From: Octopus vulgaris
Lineage: Eukaryota
Assembly: GCA_951406725.2 (NCBI GenBank)
Contig: OX597820.1
Span: 8,308,001-8,372,000, forward strand
Length of the DNA: 64,000 nucleotides
Reading direction: 5' to 3'
Below, one piece after another: positions 25,015 to 38,543 of the stretch (its first letter is position 1; each line of letters begins with the position of its first letter). Made by a program: the position numbers and the translations under genes. The notes under the pieces were generated by a model. The model ran no database searches and was not told the DNA's origin. It saw only the letters and a list, made by a program, of their open reading frames with translations.

Positions 25015-25340
25015 ATCATCATCATCATCATCGTTTAACGTCCGTTTTCCATGCTAGCATGGGTTGGACGGTTCGACCCCGGGGTCTAGGAGACCAGGAG
25101 GCTGCACCAGGCTCCAGTCTGATCTGGCAGTGTTTCTACAGCTGGATGCCCTTCCTAATGCCAACCACTCTGTGAGTGTAGTGGGTGCTTTTTACATGCC
25201 ACTGGCACAGGTGCCAGGGGAGGCTGGCAACGGTCACGATCGGTTGGTGCTTTTTACGTGCCACTGGCACGGAAGCCAGTCAAGGTGGCGCTGGCAATGA
25301 CCACGTTCAGATGGTGCTTTTTACGTGCCACTGGCACATA
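25015..25340 (-). mobile_element. RTE 3' UTR copy (family C)
   Basis: Reverse complement of the family C block, abutting a SINE A 3' half (25340-25560, +). Confidence 0.85.
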
Positions 25341-26949
25341 TATATATATATGTTTGTCACCCCAACATCACTTGACAACCAATGCTGGTGTGTTTATGTC
25401 CCCTGTAACTTAGTGGTTTGGCAAAAGAGACCAATAGAATAAATACTAGACTTACAAACAATAGGTCCTGGGGTCAATTTGCTTGACTAAAGGTGGTGTT
25501 CCAGCATGGCCGGAGTCAAAATGACTGAAACAAGTAACAAAAAAAGAAAAAAGAAAAACAGACTTTATAATCAATGTGTATTTGCATCTTTTTCCTTTTT
25601 CTTTTTAGTGGATGGACATCTTGTATGAGGGAGAAAGGGAGATGCCGTACACACATGTGTATTGGGACTTCAGCTTAGAATAAATTAGAGAGAGAGAGAG
25701 AGAGAGAGAGAGTGAGAGAGGGGGAGAGTGAGTGAGTGGTGAGTGAGGAGTGAGTGAGTGAGTGAGGAGTAAGTGAGTGAGTGAGTGAGGAGTGAGTGAG
25801 TGAGTGAGTGAGTGAGTGAGTGGAGTGGAGTGAGTGAGTGAGTGAGAGAGAGAGAGAAAGAGAGAGAGTGTGTGTGTGTTGTTGTTGTTGTTGTATATTT
25901 CTGAATGTCTCAAAGGAACATTCAAGAATAATCAAAAAACGAAAGAGAAAGCAAAGGAAAGGTGGTGGGGAAGGAACAGTAATGAAGCTTTCCTCTCTTC
26001 TTCTCCCACCAACAGCCTGACTCCCACCGCTACCGCCACCACCAGGACCCAAGGGAAGGGAGGGGCTATCTGATGGGGACAAATCAGTGCAATATCAACA
26101 CTCACATATCTGTATAAATAAACTGGGTATTGGAAGCCCGGAGAAGGGTGGCCTAGACGTGCTCCTTTGTCTTGCTAGAAATAGCAGCCATTCTCCCTCA
26201 AATTACACAGTATATCAAAACTTAATGAAAACATTCCAAATAACAAAAAACTGGATAAGTTTTTTAAGACAGAAGAGCAAGTCGTAGATGATCATTAGGT
26301 CTGTCTGTTCCATTTTAAAGGGTTGACCTAGGGCTAAATACTAACTTGGTATTTAGGGGCCTAGGTAAGGGTGAGGAGGGTAAGGTTTATAGGGAAGTGT
26401 AGTGTTAATAATCTTGAGGATAATGCATGAAAACCAATAAATTCTCCTTCAATATGACTCAGTCCACTAGAAACAGCAGCCAAATCTCCCTCCTGAAATC
26501 ATTCACTACTGTTTCTGAAAGGAGAAACATTTTAGATAATGTAGTCTTGAATATACTGTGGCAAATTAAGCAAGGATGGTCACAACTGGAATGTCTTTGA
26601 TCATAGGTCTGCTTGATCAGGAACTGGGGTCAAACAACAACAGCAGCTGGCAGTTTAGATGAAGAGGATCTGGAGGTGTTGATGGTCAGGAATAAGTGAT
26701 GAACATCACCACTTCTCTTTGTGTTAGGATTAAACAAAAGCAAAAAGGTTGCTGTGTCATAAAAGCTGAGGACTTGGAAGTGAGGGAGGAAGGAAAGCCA
26801 CAACAGGTGTGCATAGACACACACACACACACACACGTGAAGGAAAGGCTATGCAGTTAAGAAGCCCACTTTGCAGACCGCATAAGCTTCAGGCTGACCA
26901 AAGGCATAGGAAGGAATTTGGTAGAGGGGAAACTACATGGAAGCCTGAC

Positions 26950-27270
26950 ACTTGGAGAAAGCCATTGACATGTGGAAGCTAGGGGTAGATGAGTGGCTGG
27001 TGGTAGCAGTCCATGCCATGGACAGGAATGCTGTCAGTAGTCATCATTATCATCATCGTTTAACATCCGTTTTCCATGCTGGCATGGGTTGGAGGGTTCA
27101 ACTGGGGTCTGGAAAGCCAGGAGGCTGCACCAGGCCCCAGTCTGATCTGGCAGTGTTTCTACAGCTGGATGCCCTTCCTAACGCCAACCACTCTGAGAGT
27201 TTAGTGGGTGCTTTTTACGTGCCGCCAGCACAGAGGCCAGAGGAGCTGGCACCATCCACGATTGGATGGT
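26950..27270. mobile_element. RTE RT fragment (+, 26950-27040) joined to an inverted RTE 3' UTR (-, 27041-27270)
   Basis: WKLGVDEWLVVAVHAMDRNAVS resembles the RTE RT region, followed immediately by (cat)n and reverse family C. Confidence 0.65.
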
Positions 27271-28220
27271 ATAAAATTTAATTTTTATGCAGTCTCAAAA
27301 ATCAAATTTCTAATGGGAGAAAGCTGACAGGGAGGGAGGGAAGGAAAAGGAGAGAAAGAGGGACAAGGAAATATTCTATTGAAACAATACAGGGTATTAA
27401 TCAAAAATAATCCTACACCATAAGGATGAAACAAAAATCTTTCTAGTAGCAATGAATTTAGTGAGCAGGTAGGAGTTCACTAAGGCCCGGTTCTCAGCCC
27501 CCTCTTCTTTATCATAGTCCTCCAGACCAAAAGAAAGGAATTTAAGACTGATGACCCTTGTTCTATGGCATCCAGCCATAGAGACCATGCTGGAGCAGAC
27601 AATAGGGATAGGGGAAATGTTCTCAACTTGCCAGATTCAGTCAAATTGTCCAGTCCATGCCAGAATGATAGGAGGACATTAGATGAGGATGATACACACA
27701 CATACACAAATACATATATTTATATTCATTTATTCATGCATATGTGTGTGTGTGTGCTTTTTAACCCCAAACCAGTGTTGGATTGTAGCTTATTACAGAG
27801 CAGAAAAATAGATACAAGTGTCCAATTTGTTTGACTAAACCCTTCAGGGCAGTGCTCCAGCATGAGCTGCAGCCCAACGACTCTGTCATGTTAAAAAGAT
27901 AAGTATGAATACATACATACATACACAAAATCCCAAATTTTATTTAATTTGCTTTGCAGGAAGGACTGTGTCAATGAAGTCGTGTCTTGCCCTTACCTTC
28001 CAAACACAGAGTAGACAAAGCAGGGGCAGCTGAAGAAGGGGAATATTCCTTGTGTTGTATGTCTTGTTCTCTGTTTTTTCGTTGTTTGAAAAAAGTCCGT
28101 TTCCATGGTTTTGTATTTGTTTTCGTTTCTCATTGTGTTCAACGTTTTTTTGGTGTCCTGTACTCATATATGCATGTATATATACATATAGATGTAGGTA
28201 TGTACATATATGTATGTATA

Positions 28221-28630
28221 TACTCTTTTACTCTTTTACTTGTTTCAGTCATTTGACTGCGGCCATGCTAGAGCACCGCCTTTAGTCGAGCAAATCGACC
28301 CCGGGACTTATTCTTTGTAAGCCCAGTACTTATTCTATCGGTCTCTTTTGCCGAACCGCTAAGTGACGGGGACGTAAACACACCAGCATCGGTTGTCAAG
28401 CAATGCTAGGGGGACAAACACAGACACACAAACACACACACATACATATATATATATACATATATACGACAGGCTTCTTTCAGTTTCCGTCTATCAAATC
28501 CACTCACAAGGCATTGGTCGGCCCGGGGCTATAGCAGAAGACACTTGCCCGAGATGCCACGCAGTGGGACTGAACCCAGAACCATGTGGCTGGTTAGCAA
28601 GCTACTTACCACACAGCCACTCCTGTGCCT
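28221..28630 (-). mobile_element. SINE family A
   Basis: Full-length reverse copy. Confidence 0.9.
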
Positions 28631-28657
28631 ATATGCATGTTTTATTTATTATTTTGT

Positions 28658-28710
<53 letters not shown>

Positions 28711-29074
28711 TACATATATATGACTAGCTTAAAAGCTGTAGTGCATGTGGACTTTTAAGCTAAAGAGAGCTAAACAGCATGACTGTTAATGCATCTGTAA
28801 TGACTATGTGCCCCCAGTGGTGTTTAATATCAGAGGTTAATGGCAAATGAGAAGCAATTCTGTAAAGCAATCATTCTATTGTTCCAGTCCCAAGTTGAAT
28901 TCCAACTTTTGGCCAATTTGTCCCAAAGTTCTCATCTTGACATAAATTTAACGAAGCAAATGTCATTTATTTCCCCCTTGATCTCTGACGTCATCTGACC
29001 AATGCCAACCAAGATGGCATGAATCAGTTAAGCTTCACCTGCTAGAAATAGTAACAACCTATAAATGCTCTTAC

Positions 29075-29188
29075 ATCGGATCCCAATGCTGGATGTTCAA
29101 GAACCAAATATGAAGGGCAGATTTCCAATTCTGGGATCATCCCGAATCCAAAAAGGTATAAATATGTTTTATGTAGAGCAAATGTAGA
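29075..29188 (-). CDS. Candidate phase 0-0 exon of an unidentified gene
   Basis: Minus strand cccttgtatctcAG| then 114 nt |GTAAGA. Only one frame is open: STFALHKTYLYLFGFGMIPELEICPSYLVLEHPALGSD. Confidence 0.25.
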
Positions 29189-29245
29189 CTGAGATACAAG
29201 GGTCCAAGATGGACAGAATTTCCCTAATTTATATATATATATATA

Positions 29246-29651
29246 TACTCTCTTTTACTCTTTTACTTGTTTCAGTCATTTGACTGTGGCCATGCTGGAG
29301 CACCGCCTTTAGTCGAGCAAATTGACCCCAGGACTTATTCTTTGTAAGCCTAGTAATTATTCTATTGCCGAACAGCTAAGTTATAGGGACGTAAACACAC
29401 CAGCATCGGTTGTCAAGCGATGTTGAGAGGACAAACACAAGCACATAAACACACACACATATATATATATATACATATTATACGACGGGCTTCTTTCAGT
29501 TTCCGTTTGCCAAATCCACTCACAAGGCTTTGGTTGGCCCGAGGCTATATATATAGTAGAAGACACTAGCTCAAGGTGCCACGCAGTGGGAATGAACCCG
29601 GAACCATGTGGTTGGTAAGCAAGCTACTTACCACACAGCCACTCCTGCTCC
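29246..29651 (-). mobile_element. SINE family A
   Basis: Full-length reverse copy. Confidence 0.9.
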
Positions 29652-29699
<48 letters not shown>

Positions 29700-29766
29700 G
29701 TAATACTAAAAATGGGACAAGAACTCAAAACATCCAGACAGTTAGATGATATAAAAAGGGGACAAA

Positions 29767-29806
<40 letters not shown>

Positions 29807-30879
29807 CAGACAGAGAGAGACCCATGTCTTACAGTGCAAAAAACACAGGAGTTTTAACCCCTAGGAAAACGATGGGAGGCAGAGATGAAGTTTTATTTTT
29901 TTTTTTTTTTGACATGGTAAGTATGGCCATCACAATTCACACACAGCTCTTGCCATGCCCCTCCACCCTCTCTCTCTCCCTCTCTCTCTTTGGCACTGTC
30001 GTGTTTTGTTTTCTTTTATCAATCAGTTAAAAGGGCGGAGCTATATGTGTGAATAGGTGAAGGGGGTAGGGGTAGACAGGTATGTGTTTGTATATGAGGG
30101 AGAAGGAGGTAGGGCAGAGAGAGTGTGTCCCCTTGGTGTTTCTAAGGAGAGATGACTTCTGGGGTGAGAAAGGGCAGGAAGTGGGAAGAAGAGAGAGTGG
30201 GTGGGGGTGGGGGCTCAGATTCTTTAGATTGTAGACATAGGAAGGTAGGGTGGGAGGTGAGTAAGTAGGTAAGTAAGGCAATAAGGGGGAACGTGGGGGA
30301 GGGAGGTAAATGGGTAAGGTAAACATAGGTAGGTGGGTATAAAGATAGGTACATATGTAGATGGAGAGGGTAGGGTGGGCTGATAGACAAACAGACAGAC
30401 AAACAAAGAGGCAGGTAGGCAGCCAAACAGATAAACTCATATCTGAGACTGATCACAACTTTTGAGATGTGAAGTGGAGGTGTTTGAGGGTGGAGGGGCA
30501 TGGCAAGAGGTGAGAATTATCAAGAGAGTGAAGAGGCAGGACCATTTCATAGGCAGAAGGGAATAAGGGTATGGCTTTTTAAAGGGAAAGGTCATCAACT
30601 GAATTATAGTAACAGGACAAAGAAAAAAAAAAAGGGGGATGAGGGACACACAGACACCCTTCCTGATTCTCTTCTCCCACCACTACAATGGCTTCTACTC
30701 TTCCTAAGTGGTCAGTTTTGTATCTCACCTTTCTCTGCCCCCAACCTAATTACAACCACCTCAGCTCTCCCCCCCCCCAACCCCCACGTTTGCATGGTCA
30801 CTCAACCTGCTGGAAATAACAGCCAAACTTCCTTCAAACTCCATTTCACCATTTAGAAAAAAACTGGATAATTTAGTCG

Positions 30880-31201
30880 GAGGATGAAAGGGGAAGTCCC
30901 TTGTACCTAAAAAAAAAAGACAGGATGGTCATGGATGGAATATCAGGGCTAAAGTGGGGGCTAATCTACAACAGCTCCTCCATCCTTACTGACCAACACC
31001 CACTCAACTACCACTTCAGTACTGACCAATCCTTCGAGGATGAAAGGGGAGGTCCCTGTACATGAAGAAAGACAGGATGGTCATGGATGGAATATCAGGG
31101 CTAAACTGGGGGCTAATCTACAACAAGTTCTCTATCCTTACTGACCAACACCCACCCCAGCCCACCCACTCAACTACCACTTCAGTACTGACCAATCCTT
31201 C
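30880..31201. repeat. Tandem duplication (156 + 166 bp)
   Basis: gaggatgaaagggga...tactgaccaatccttc occurs at 30880-31035 and 31036-31201. Confidence 0.9.
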
Positions 31202-31675
31202 CTCTACAAAATATAAATCCCTCTGAAAATCAATCCCTTCCCAACAAACAACTTTATCAATCTGTCTCGGCTGGGCATCATCAGAGGTTACAGGCACTGG
31301 CTCCTCCTCCTCCAACATTTGAAAAAACACATACAGATGGGAGCTTCTACATGGTTGTTGCACCTCCTAAAAATAGCAGTCAAACCTTCTAATGTCACAA
31401 CTTTGAACCTACAAGAAAATAAAGTCAGAAATTTTCCTTCCATATTTACAAGATGTTTCGGCTGAGAGCACAAAACTGCCCTTGAAACAGGGGCCAACCC
31501 ATTGTAGAGTTAATAACACCCGAACCCCTAAGTGCATAGCCAAGTGGTTAGGGAGTGGCAACCATGATGGCGAGATCATGAGTTCGATTCCCAGACTAGA
31601 AGACAAAACACTTCATTTCACCTTGTGAATGAGTAAAAAACTGACATCAGGGGGAATGTCTGTAATTTGAGTCAC

Positions 31676-31783
31676 CAAGGAAACTGAGTGACTGACCAGC
31701 CGTACAAGGAAACTGAGCAACTGACCAGCCGTACAAGGAAACTGAGCAACTGACCAGCCGTACAAGGAAACTGAGCAACTGGC
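31676..31783. repeat. 29-bp minisatellite, ~3.7 copies
   Basis: caaggaaactgagcaactgaccagccgta repeated head-to-tail. Confidence 0.92.
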
Positions 31784-32103
31784 CATACGAGTCCTACAAC
31801 TTTTTATACAAACCCTCCCCACCACAGTCAGATGTATTGAGGCTCATCGTTTTTTCTAAGATGTAATAATCTTTGAGGATTGCTGTGGTATGAATATGTA
31901 AATATATGGAAGTTCAGGGAATAAACATTAAAATTTTAAAACCTCTCTAATAATAATAACAGCTGATGTTAAAACAGCAGAGGAGAACTGGGGTAGATTC
32001 TGTGTTGATAATGGGGTGTGGTGATAGATCATAGTGGGTTAGGGAAGGGTTGTGTTACTTATCTCTCTCTCTCTCTCTCTCCATCCATCCATCCATCTAT
32101 TTA

Positions 32104-32134
<31 letters not shown>

Positions 32135-32219
32135 ATCCATCTATTTATCTCTCTCTCTCTACCAACTTATCCATCTATCTTTCCATCCAGTTATCCATCT
32201 ACCTATCTGTTCATCTATT

Positions 32220-32269
<50 letters not shown>

Positions 32270-32895
32270 ATTCATGAATGGTATCTGTGTCAGTTGATTC
32301 ATTCCCAACTCTCCGCCCCCTTATTGCACTCAGCATGTTGTGGTGGGGGTGAAATAAAGGTGTATCTGGACAACACCACAGGTGCCTGGCAAACAATCCA
32401 GAGGGGAAGGACAGGGAAATAGGGTATAGATAAAAGGGACTACATCTGAAAAGGGGACAGTATAAAGGGTCTCTTAGTCCCAGTTTCAATATTGGAAATT
32501 AATCTCCCTCACCCACAAACCTTTGCTGGGGAAGAGGTCAAGATTGGGAGCTGGAGGGGAAGGGGCAGTTTATAGTGGTTGTTCACTTTTTTTTTTCAAA
32601 TAAAACTGATTTCCAGGTAAAGTGTAAAAATAGACAATCACTTTATGGCAACCACTTCAACTATTGCCACAAACATAACTTATCACTCGCATCATCATCA
32701 TCACTACTAGATTCACAATCATCACTACAACACCACCACCACCACCACCCCAACTACCACCACTATCACCTTTAATGTCAACCATCACCAAGAGTTTTAA
32801 CACCACATCTCCCACTCCAAGGGAAATGAGATAGGAGTATATATGGCCAACAAGGGAAGTGCCATGCTCAACCCGCTAGCAATAGCAGCTAAATC

Positions 32896-33105
32896 GGATC
32901 TTTTCACTTTGACCGGCAGATTTAAAAAATAATTTTTTGTAACTAAACACTTTTAAACTTTGTATACTGATAGAATGTGTCATATAAAACATCTTTTACT
33001 CTTGGCGTTGATGAGAAAATTCTGTAGTTTCTAAGCTATTTGTTGTTAAATTTCTCGCATTTTGGCAATTTCAACCAATCAATGACATCTATTGAGGTGA
33101 ATACA
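32896..33105 (-). mobile_element. One end of the 8-bp-TSD DNA transposon family
   Basis: ggatcttttcactttgaccggcag TIR plus subterminal sequence shared with 38544-39799, 49579-49992 and 55758-56170. Confidence 0.8.
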
Positions 33106-33353
33106 ATGTGGTCAGTAAGCAAGTTACTTACCACACAGCCACTCCTGCGCCTGTGAAAGATAATTTATTTTAACAGCATGCTTTTCTGTTAGTAAATGGT
33201 TTTTTCTTACACACAGACTCGCTCGATGCAGAGTGAGGTTAAATAAATTTCTTTTTTTACTGTTGTTGCTTAAATCCCAGCAATGGACCCTACTGCATCC
33301 AGAAAATATGTTTATGGTGACAAAAATATTGGAAAAATATCAATACATCAATA

Positions 33354-33732
33354 TAGGCATAGGAGTGGCTGTGTGGTAATTAGCTTGATTACCAACCACA
33401 TGGTTCTAGGTTCAGACCCACTGCATAGCACCTTGGGTAAGTGTCTTCTACTATAGCCTCAGGTCAACCAAAGCGTCGTGAGTGGATTTGGTAGACGGAA
33501 ACTGAAAGAAGCCTGTCGTATATATGTATGTGTGTGTGTGTGTCTGTGTTTGTCCCCCCAACATCGCTTGACAACCGATGCTGGTGTGTTTACGTCGCCA
33601 TAACTTCGCGGTTCGGCAAAAGAGACTGACAGAATAAGGCTTACAAAGAATAAGCTCTGGGGTCGATTTGGTCGACTAAAGGCAGTGCTCCAGCATGGCC
33701 ACAGTTACATGACAGAAACAAAGAAAAGAGTA
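33354..33732 (+). mobile_element. SINE family A
   Basis: Near full-length copy. Confidence 0.88.
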
Positions 33733-33799
33733 CATGTGAAAGTGACAAAGAAACAAGGAAAGTACAAGATGGACGTGGGATGAGCTAGAAACAACAGCT

Positions 33800-34020
33800 G
33801 TTTTTAAAAAATGGACAAAATCGGCCGGGATTCATAAATTTTCAAAAACAAGTTTCATAAAAAGTTGACCCCCATCATTTGTCTAGAGTGTAGTGGGAGA
33901 AAAAATTGAAAAATCCCCGTCAAAACAGAAAATCCAACAAATGTGGGTGTGTTATTTCAAAAGACTACGAAGGCCATTCGATTGTGAAAATTACCCGGCA
34001 ACGACGGGATACTCAGCTAG
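33800..34020 (+). mobile_element. Helitron-like 3' end
   Basis: Hairpin cccg-gcaacga-cggg followed ~8 nt later by CTAG|T at 34017-34021. The 5' limit is uncertain. Confidence 0.6.
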
Positions 34021-34024
<4 letters not shown>

Positions 34025-34104
<80 letters not shown>

Positions 34105-34119
34105 TAGAGAGAGAGAGAA

Positions 34120-34208
<89 letters not shown>
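34025..34208. repeat. (GA)n microsatellite
   Basis: ~180 bp GA run. Explains the RE-repeat ORF 33893-34300. Confidence 0.97.
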
Positions 34209-34211
<3 letters not shown>

Positions 34212-36629
34212 AAGGTCGTTTATTAACGATTCATTTCACTTTCACTTTCCACATGTCTGCCATTTTATGTTTAAAAAAAATTCGAAAAACCGCCGTTTAA
34301 GGTAAACCTATCATATCTGATTTATATTCCTATGGTTAATACAGTAAGGAGCCATGAAGACCACAGCATCCATGAAGACCACAGCATCACAGCTCTCCGT
34401 TTGAAATGTTGGTGAAGGAAACGATTATTTTTAATTAAAATTTAATTAAAAAAATTACTTTACAAGATATACAACAGTAAATATATTTCACCTCTAACTT
34501 CAATGTGATGTTGTGATATTCATGTCTTTACCGCCATCACTCAACCTGATATTAGAAATACAAAAGTTGTGATGGTCACGGCGGGTATAAGTTCGATTGT
34601 TCAGCTGGATCAAGATTGACCAAGGGCTACACAACAAGACTTCTAAAGGGGCTTTACGAGGTCCCAAGACACTTGACTGCCTTAAAAATAGGGCACATTA
34701 GATCATGTATTCCTAGATATATTATACATGAATAATAACGAGAGCTTGCATGTGTTCGATCACACGACCTGCTAGAAATAGCAGCTAAATATCCCTCAAA
34801 TTATCTTTTAAAAAAGTGTTAATATCTTGACTAAAAGGCAGGATGGTCACTTCTAGAATGCCCTGCGAAATGAATCAGGGCTGGGTGGGCTGTGATTAAA
34901 CAACAAAACACGAGCCAAGATTACTCGATCTGCTAGAAACAGCAGCCAAATCTCCGTCAATCACATCTTTGTGTCTTAAACAAAGAGGGATACACTGGAC
35001 AATATAGTCTACGATGTACACACCAATGGGACGGTCACGAAAGGAATGCATCTGATCATTAAAAAGTCTACTACACCGAAGCTGATCTGAGGCTAAACAA
35101 ACAACGCCTACAGACCCACTCGATATGAGATTAAATTAGATGTAATAATTCTTTTGCAATATAATGAAATAACAGTGGTAATATTTCAATAAAATGAAGT
35201 AAAATATTCTAAAACATGACAATCAATTGTTAAATAGTGGAGAAATAATAATATTATGGATGGGGAAAAATGTGAATCTGATGGTGGCAGACGACAGTTG
35301 AAATTATGGAGGCGGGGAAAATGGCGAACTCACGTGAACTTTCATTGTGAAAACGAATCAATTTGTTTAGTTTGGATTCCTCTTTGAATAGAAATTGCTT
35401 AAATTCTTACGATTAACCAATAATGATATAAAAAGTAATGGTTCTTTCTGTAATAATAATGATTTATTTCAGGTTATTTTTAGGAATTTAACATCATTTT
35501 TTTCCTCTGCGCACAAATTGGTGACCACCGTCCATAAATAGGAACTTCGACGAACGAAATTAATTTTCAATTAGTTAATAGTAGAATTATTATTATTATT
35601 TGAAAGACGGCGAGCCGATAAAATCGTTATCATGTCGGACAAAATGTTTAACGGCATTATACCTTCTGAGTTCAAATTCTGCCGAACTCGACCTTACCTT
35701 TCATCCTTTCGGGGTCGATAAAACTAGTTGAACACTGGGGTCGATGTAAACGATTTGCCCTTCCCCTCGAAACCTGCAGGCCCTATGCCAACATCTGAAA
35801 CCATTATTAGAAGTTCGGTAAAATGGTGGACCAAATGCCAAGTGTTGTTTAGTTGCATTCCTTCATGTTCTGAATTTAATATTCCACCAGAGTTGGTAAA
35901 ATTAAGTATCAGCTGAGAACTGGGGTCAATGTAATCGACTTGTTCCTGCCCCCAAAATTTCAGGTATTGGGCATAAAGCAAAAAGGGGTTTATTGGTAAG
36001 GCGGAAGAATCAATGAATGCAGGACAAAATGTTTCGTATATTTAAGTCTGTGTTCAAAGACAAAGGAATTTTCCATCATCGTTTTGAGGGGTTCTCCACA
36101 TTTGTAACTCTTGAACCTTATTTTTTCTTCTAGAAATTTTAATTATTATTGGCATCCGTTCACGTTCTGAGTTCGAACCCTGCAGAGGTCGACTTCAACT
36201 TTCATCTTTTTGTGGCCGCCCTTTTCCTCAAATATGCAGCCCGGTGATGATGTGAGATGAAAAACCTTGTTATTGCCATTGAATAATTAACTGATAATGC
36301 CATTAGTGAGACATAAAGCAGCTTAATTGAACAGAATTACCTGCCAGACGAGTTTTGGTGACCTTAAACGTATATCGATTGTCTTGCTTTTTGTACAAGA
36401 GTTTGGCCAATATTTGCAGAGGAAAGGTGCATAAATCAATTAAAGTGAGTAGTTTGGGAGTTCCCGACTGTAGTCAGATGGAAATAAATGTAGATATTTG
36501 TAAAGAAATATATTGATTCGAGGATAGAAAGGGAATTTAAAACAGACAGGTTTGAATATGTGAAAAGATGACTCAGAGAAACCTGGTTCTTTCACAGATA
36601 ATGGAGTTGGTTTCCTATTCCCAGCACTC

Positions 36630-36830
36630 AACCACACCCGCTCCGCCGCTCGTCTCTCCACCTCTCGTCACCCTTGCTGCTTCCAACCCCCTCCTCTTAT
36701 TTTTCCCCCCACACTAATGACTATACCAAATCCTTTGTCCCCACATCAACATCCCTCTGGAATCTCTTCTCTTCTCATGTCCTTTTTTTGCATCTGTTTA
36801 AACAGAATATTAACGCCATCAATCTCACCA
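36630..36830 (+). mobile_element. Decayed CR1-group LINE C-terminus
   Basis: HTNDYTKSFVPTSTSLWNLFSSHV..LFKQNINAINL fits the SF.P....LWN.L....FK motif. Confidence 0.5.
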
Positions 36831-37929
36831 GTCTCCAGGTGGGGGTAAGGATCACATTCCCACCCGTTTAACCCACCCAACCCTTCTGACTCAGCTGATA
36901 AAAAGAAAGCTATCTATCTGGTAAATCTTAAGTCGAGAAGAGACGGAATCAGACACTATCTACAATACAATTCAATCTGCTATAAACAGCAGCTAAATCT
37001 CCCTTAAATCACGAAGAGACAGAGTGGTCAAAGATGGAACGCATTTTCTAAATCAAGGTGAACCTAGGGTTAAACAGAGTTTTAGGTAAGAAATTGCACC
37101 AAGATATTTCATGAATTGCAACGACAATAACTGTCGTTAAATATTGTGTTTTTTAGCATACATCACAGACGGCGATTTAAATTTAGTGTTTATTCAACAG
37201 AGTTAAGCCCGTTGGTGGTGTGAAGTAGTGAATGCCAATAGACCGAGCAGAGACGGGGGACATAAAAAGGAACTCCTTGTAGTGAGGAGACACCACTATG
37301 TAAACCAGCCCTTTCTTTGGTCCATTTCAACAAAGGTAATTCCATGGAGAGAGAGAGAGAGACAGACTGACAGAAATGGCTGTCTCAGTATTAGACTTTT
37401 TTTTTTTTCAACTTTTAAGAGATGAAAGATAGAATCGACCGCAGAAGGATTCCGACTCAGAACGCCCGAACAAACACAAGGTATTTTGTAGTATATGGGT
37501 TTTGTCCTTTTTTTTTTCGTTGTTGTTTTATCTTTTAGTGAGGCGGCAAAGCAGTAACAATAGTCCCTTACAGGACCACGGATACAGGTGGGAGGGAGGG
37601 AATGCCAATAAAAGAGTAGATCTAACTTGAGGGACCTCGGTTATTAGGTGGTGGCGTTAAAACAAGTGACGGATTAAATAAACCGCCGCAGTAGGCCATG
37701 GCGGCATTTGAACTCAGAACGTAAACAGTGGGAACAAATACCGCAAAGCCTCCGAGCCGAAGTTCTTGCAGTTCTACCAGTCCACTGCCTTGAGTTGGTA
37801 TTTTATTTATATCGACCCAAAAAAGATGTAAGCAACAAAAAAAAAAGAAACACAGTTGAATTCGGTAGGATTTGAACTCAGAACGTAAACAGTCGGAACA
37901 AATACCGCAAAACATCCGAGCCGAAGTTC

Positions 37930-38160
37930 TTATTTCTTTATTGCCCACAAGAGACGAAACATAGCGGGGACAAACAAGGACAGACAAACGGATTAAGACG
38001 ATTACATCGACCCCAGTGCATAACTGGTACTTAGTTTATCAACCCCGAAAGTATGAAAGGCAAAGTCGACCTCGGCGGAATTTGAACTCAGAACGTAACG
38101 GCAGACGAAGTAACGCGAAGCATTTCGCCCGGCCTGCTAACGTTTCTGCCAGCTCGCCGC
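37930..38160 (-). mobile_element. SINE family B monomer inside a locally duplicated older SINE-like segment
   Basis: Full unit. The flanks 37770-37915 and 38161-38317 are near-duplicates. Confidence 0.85.
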
Positions 38161-38543
38161 AGTTCTACCAGTCCACTGCCTTGGGTTGGTATTTTATTTA
38201 TATCGACCCCGAAAAGATGTAAGAAATAGAAAAAAAAAAAAAAAAAAAGAAACGCAGTCGAATTCGGTAGGATTTGAACTCAGAACGTAAACAGTCGGAA
38301 CAAACAACCCGAAACATTTTGTCCAACACCCTAACCATTCTGATAATTCGCCTCGTGCGCGCGTATTTGTTCATTTAGAAAGTTGCTTGTAATACAACCA
38401 ATTGGCACCTCTTCCAGCCAGCCCCCATAGTACCAAACCGACGAAGATACATCGAGAGAAACGTTACGCTCCAGTCCACAAACCCGGATGGTCCACAAAT
38501 CTTCCAGGAATAATCGTCAATGCACCAATAATTTATATATCTT

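Noticed and set aside
27997-28029. 33-nt minus-strand micro-exon with SCPCFVYSVF (SWIM-finger-like)
   Set aside because: The similarity is too short, and the surrounding T-rich sequence resembles repeat tails seen at 500-600 and 3050-3120.
33893-34300. RE-dipeptide protein
   Set aside because: It is a (GA)n microsatellite.
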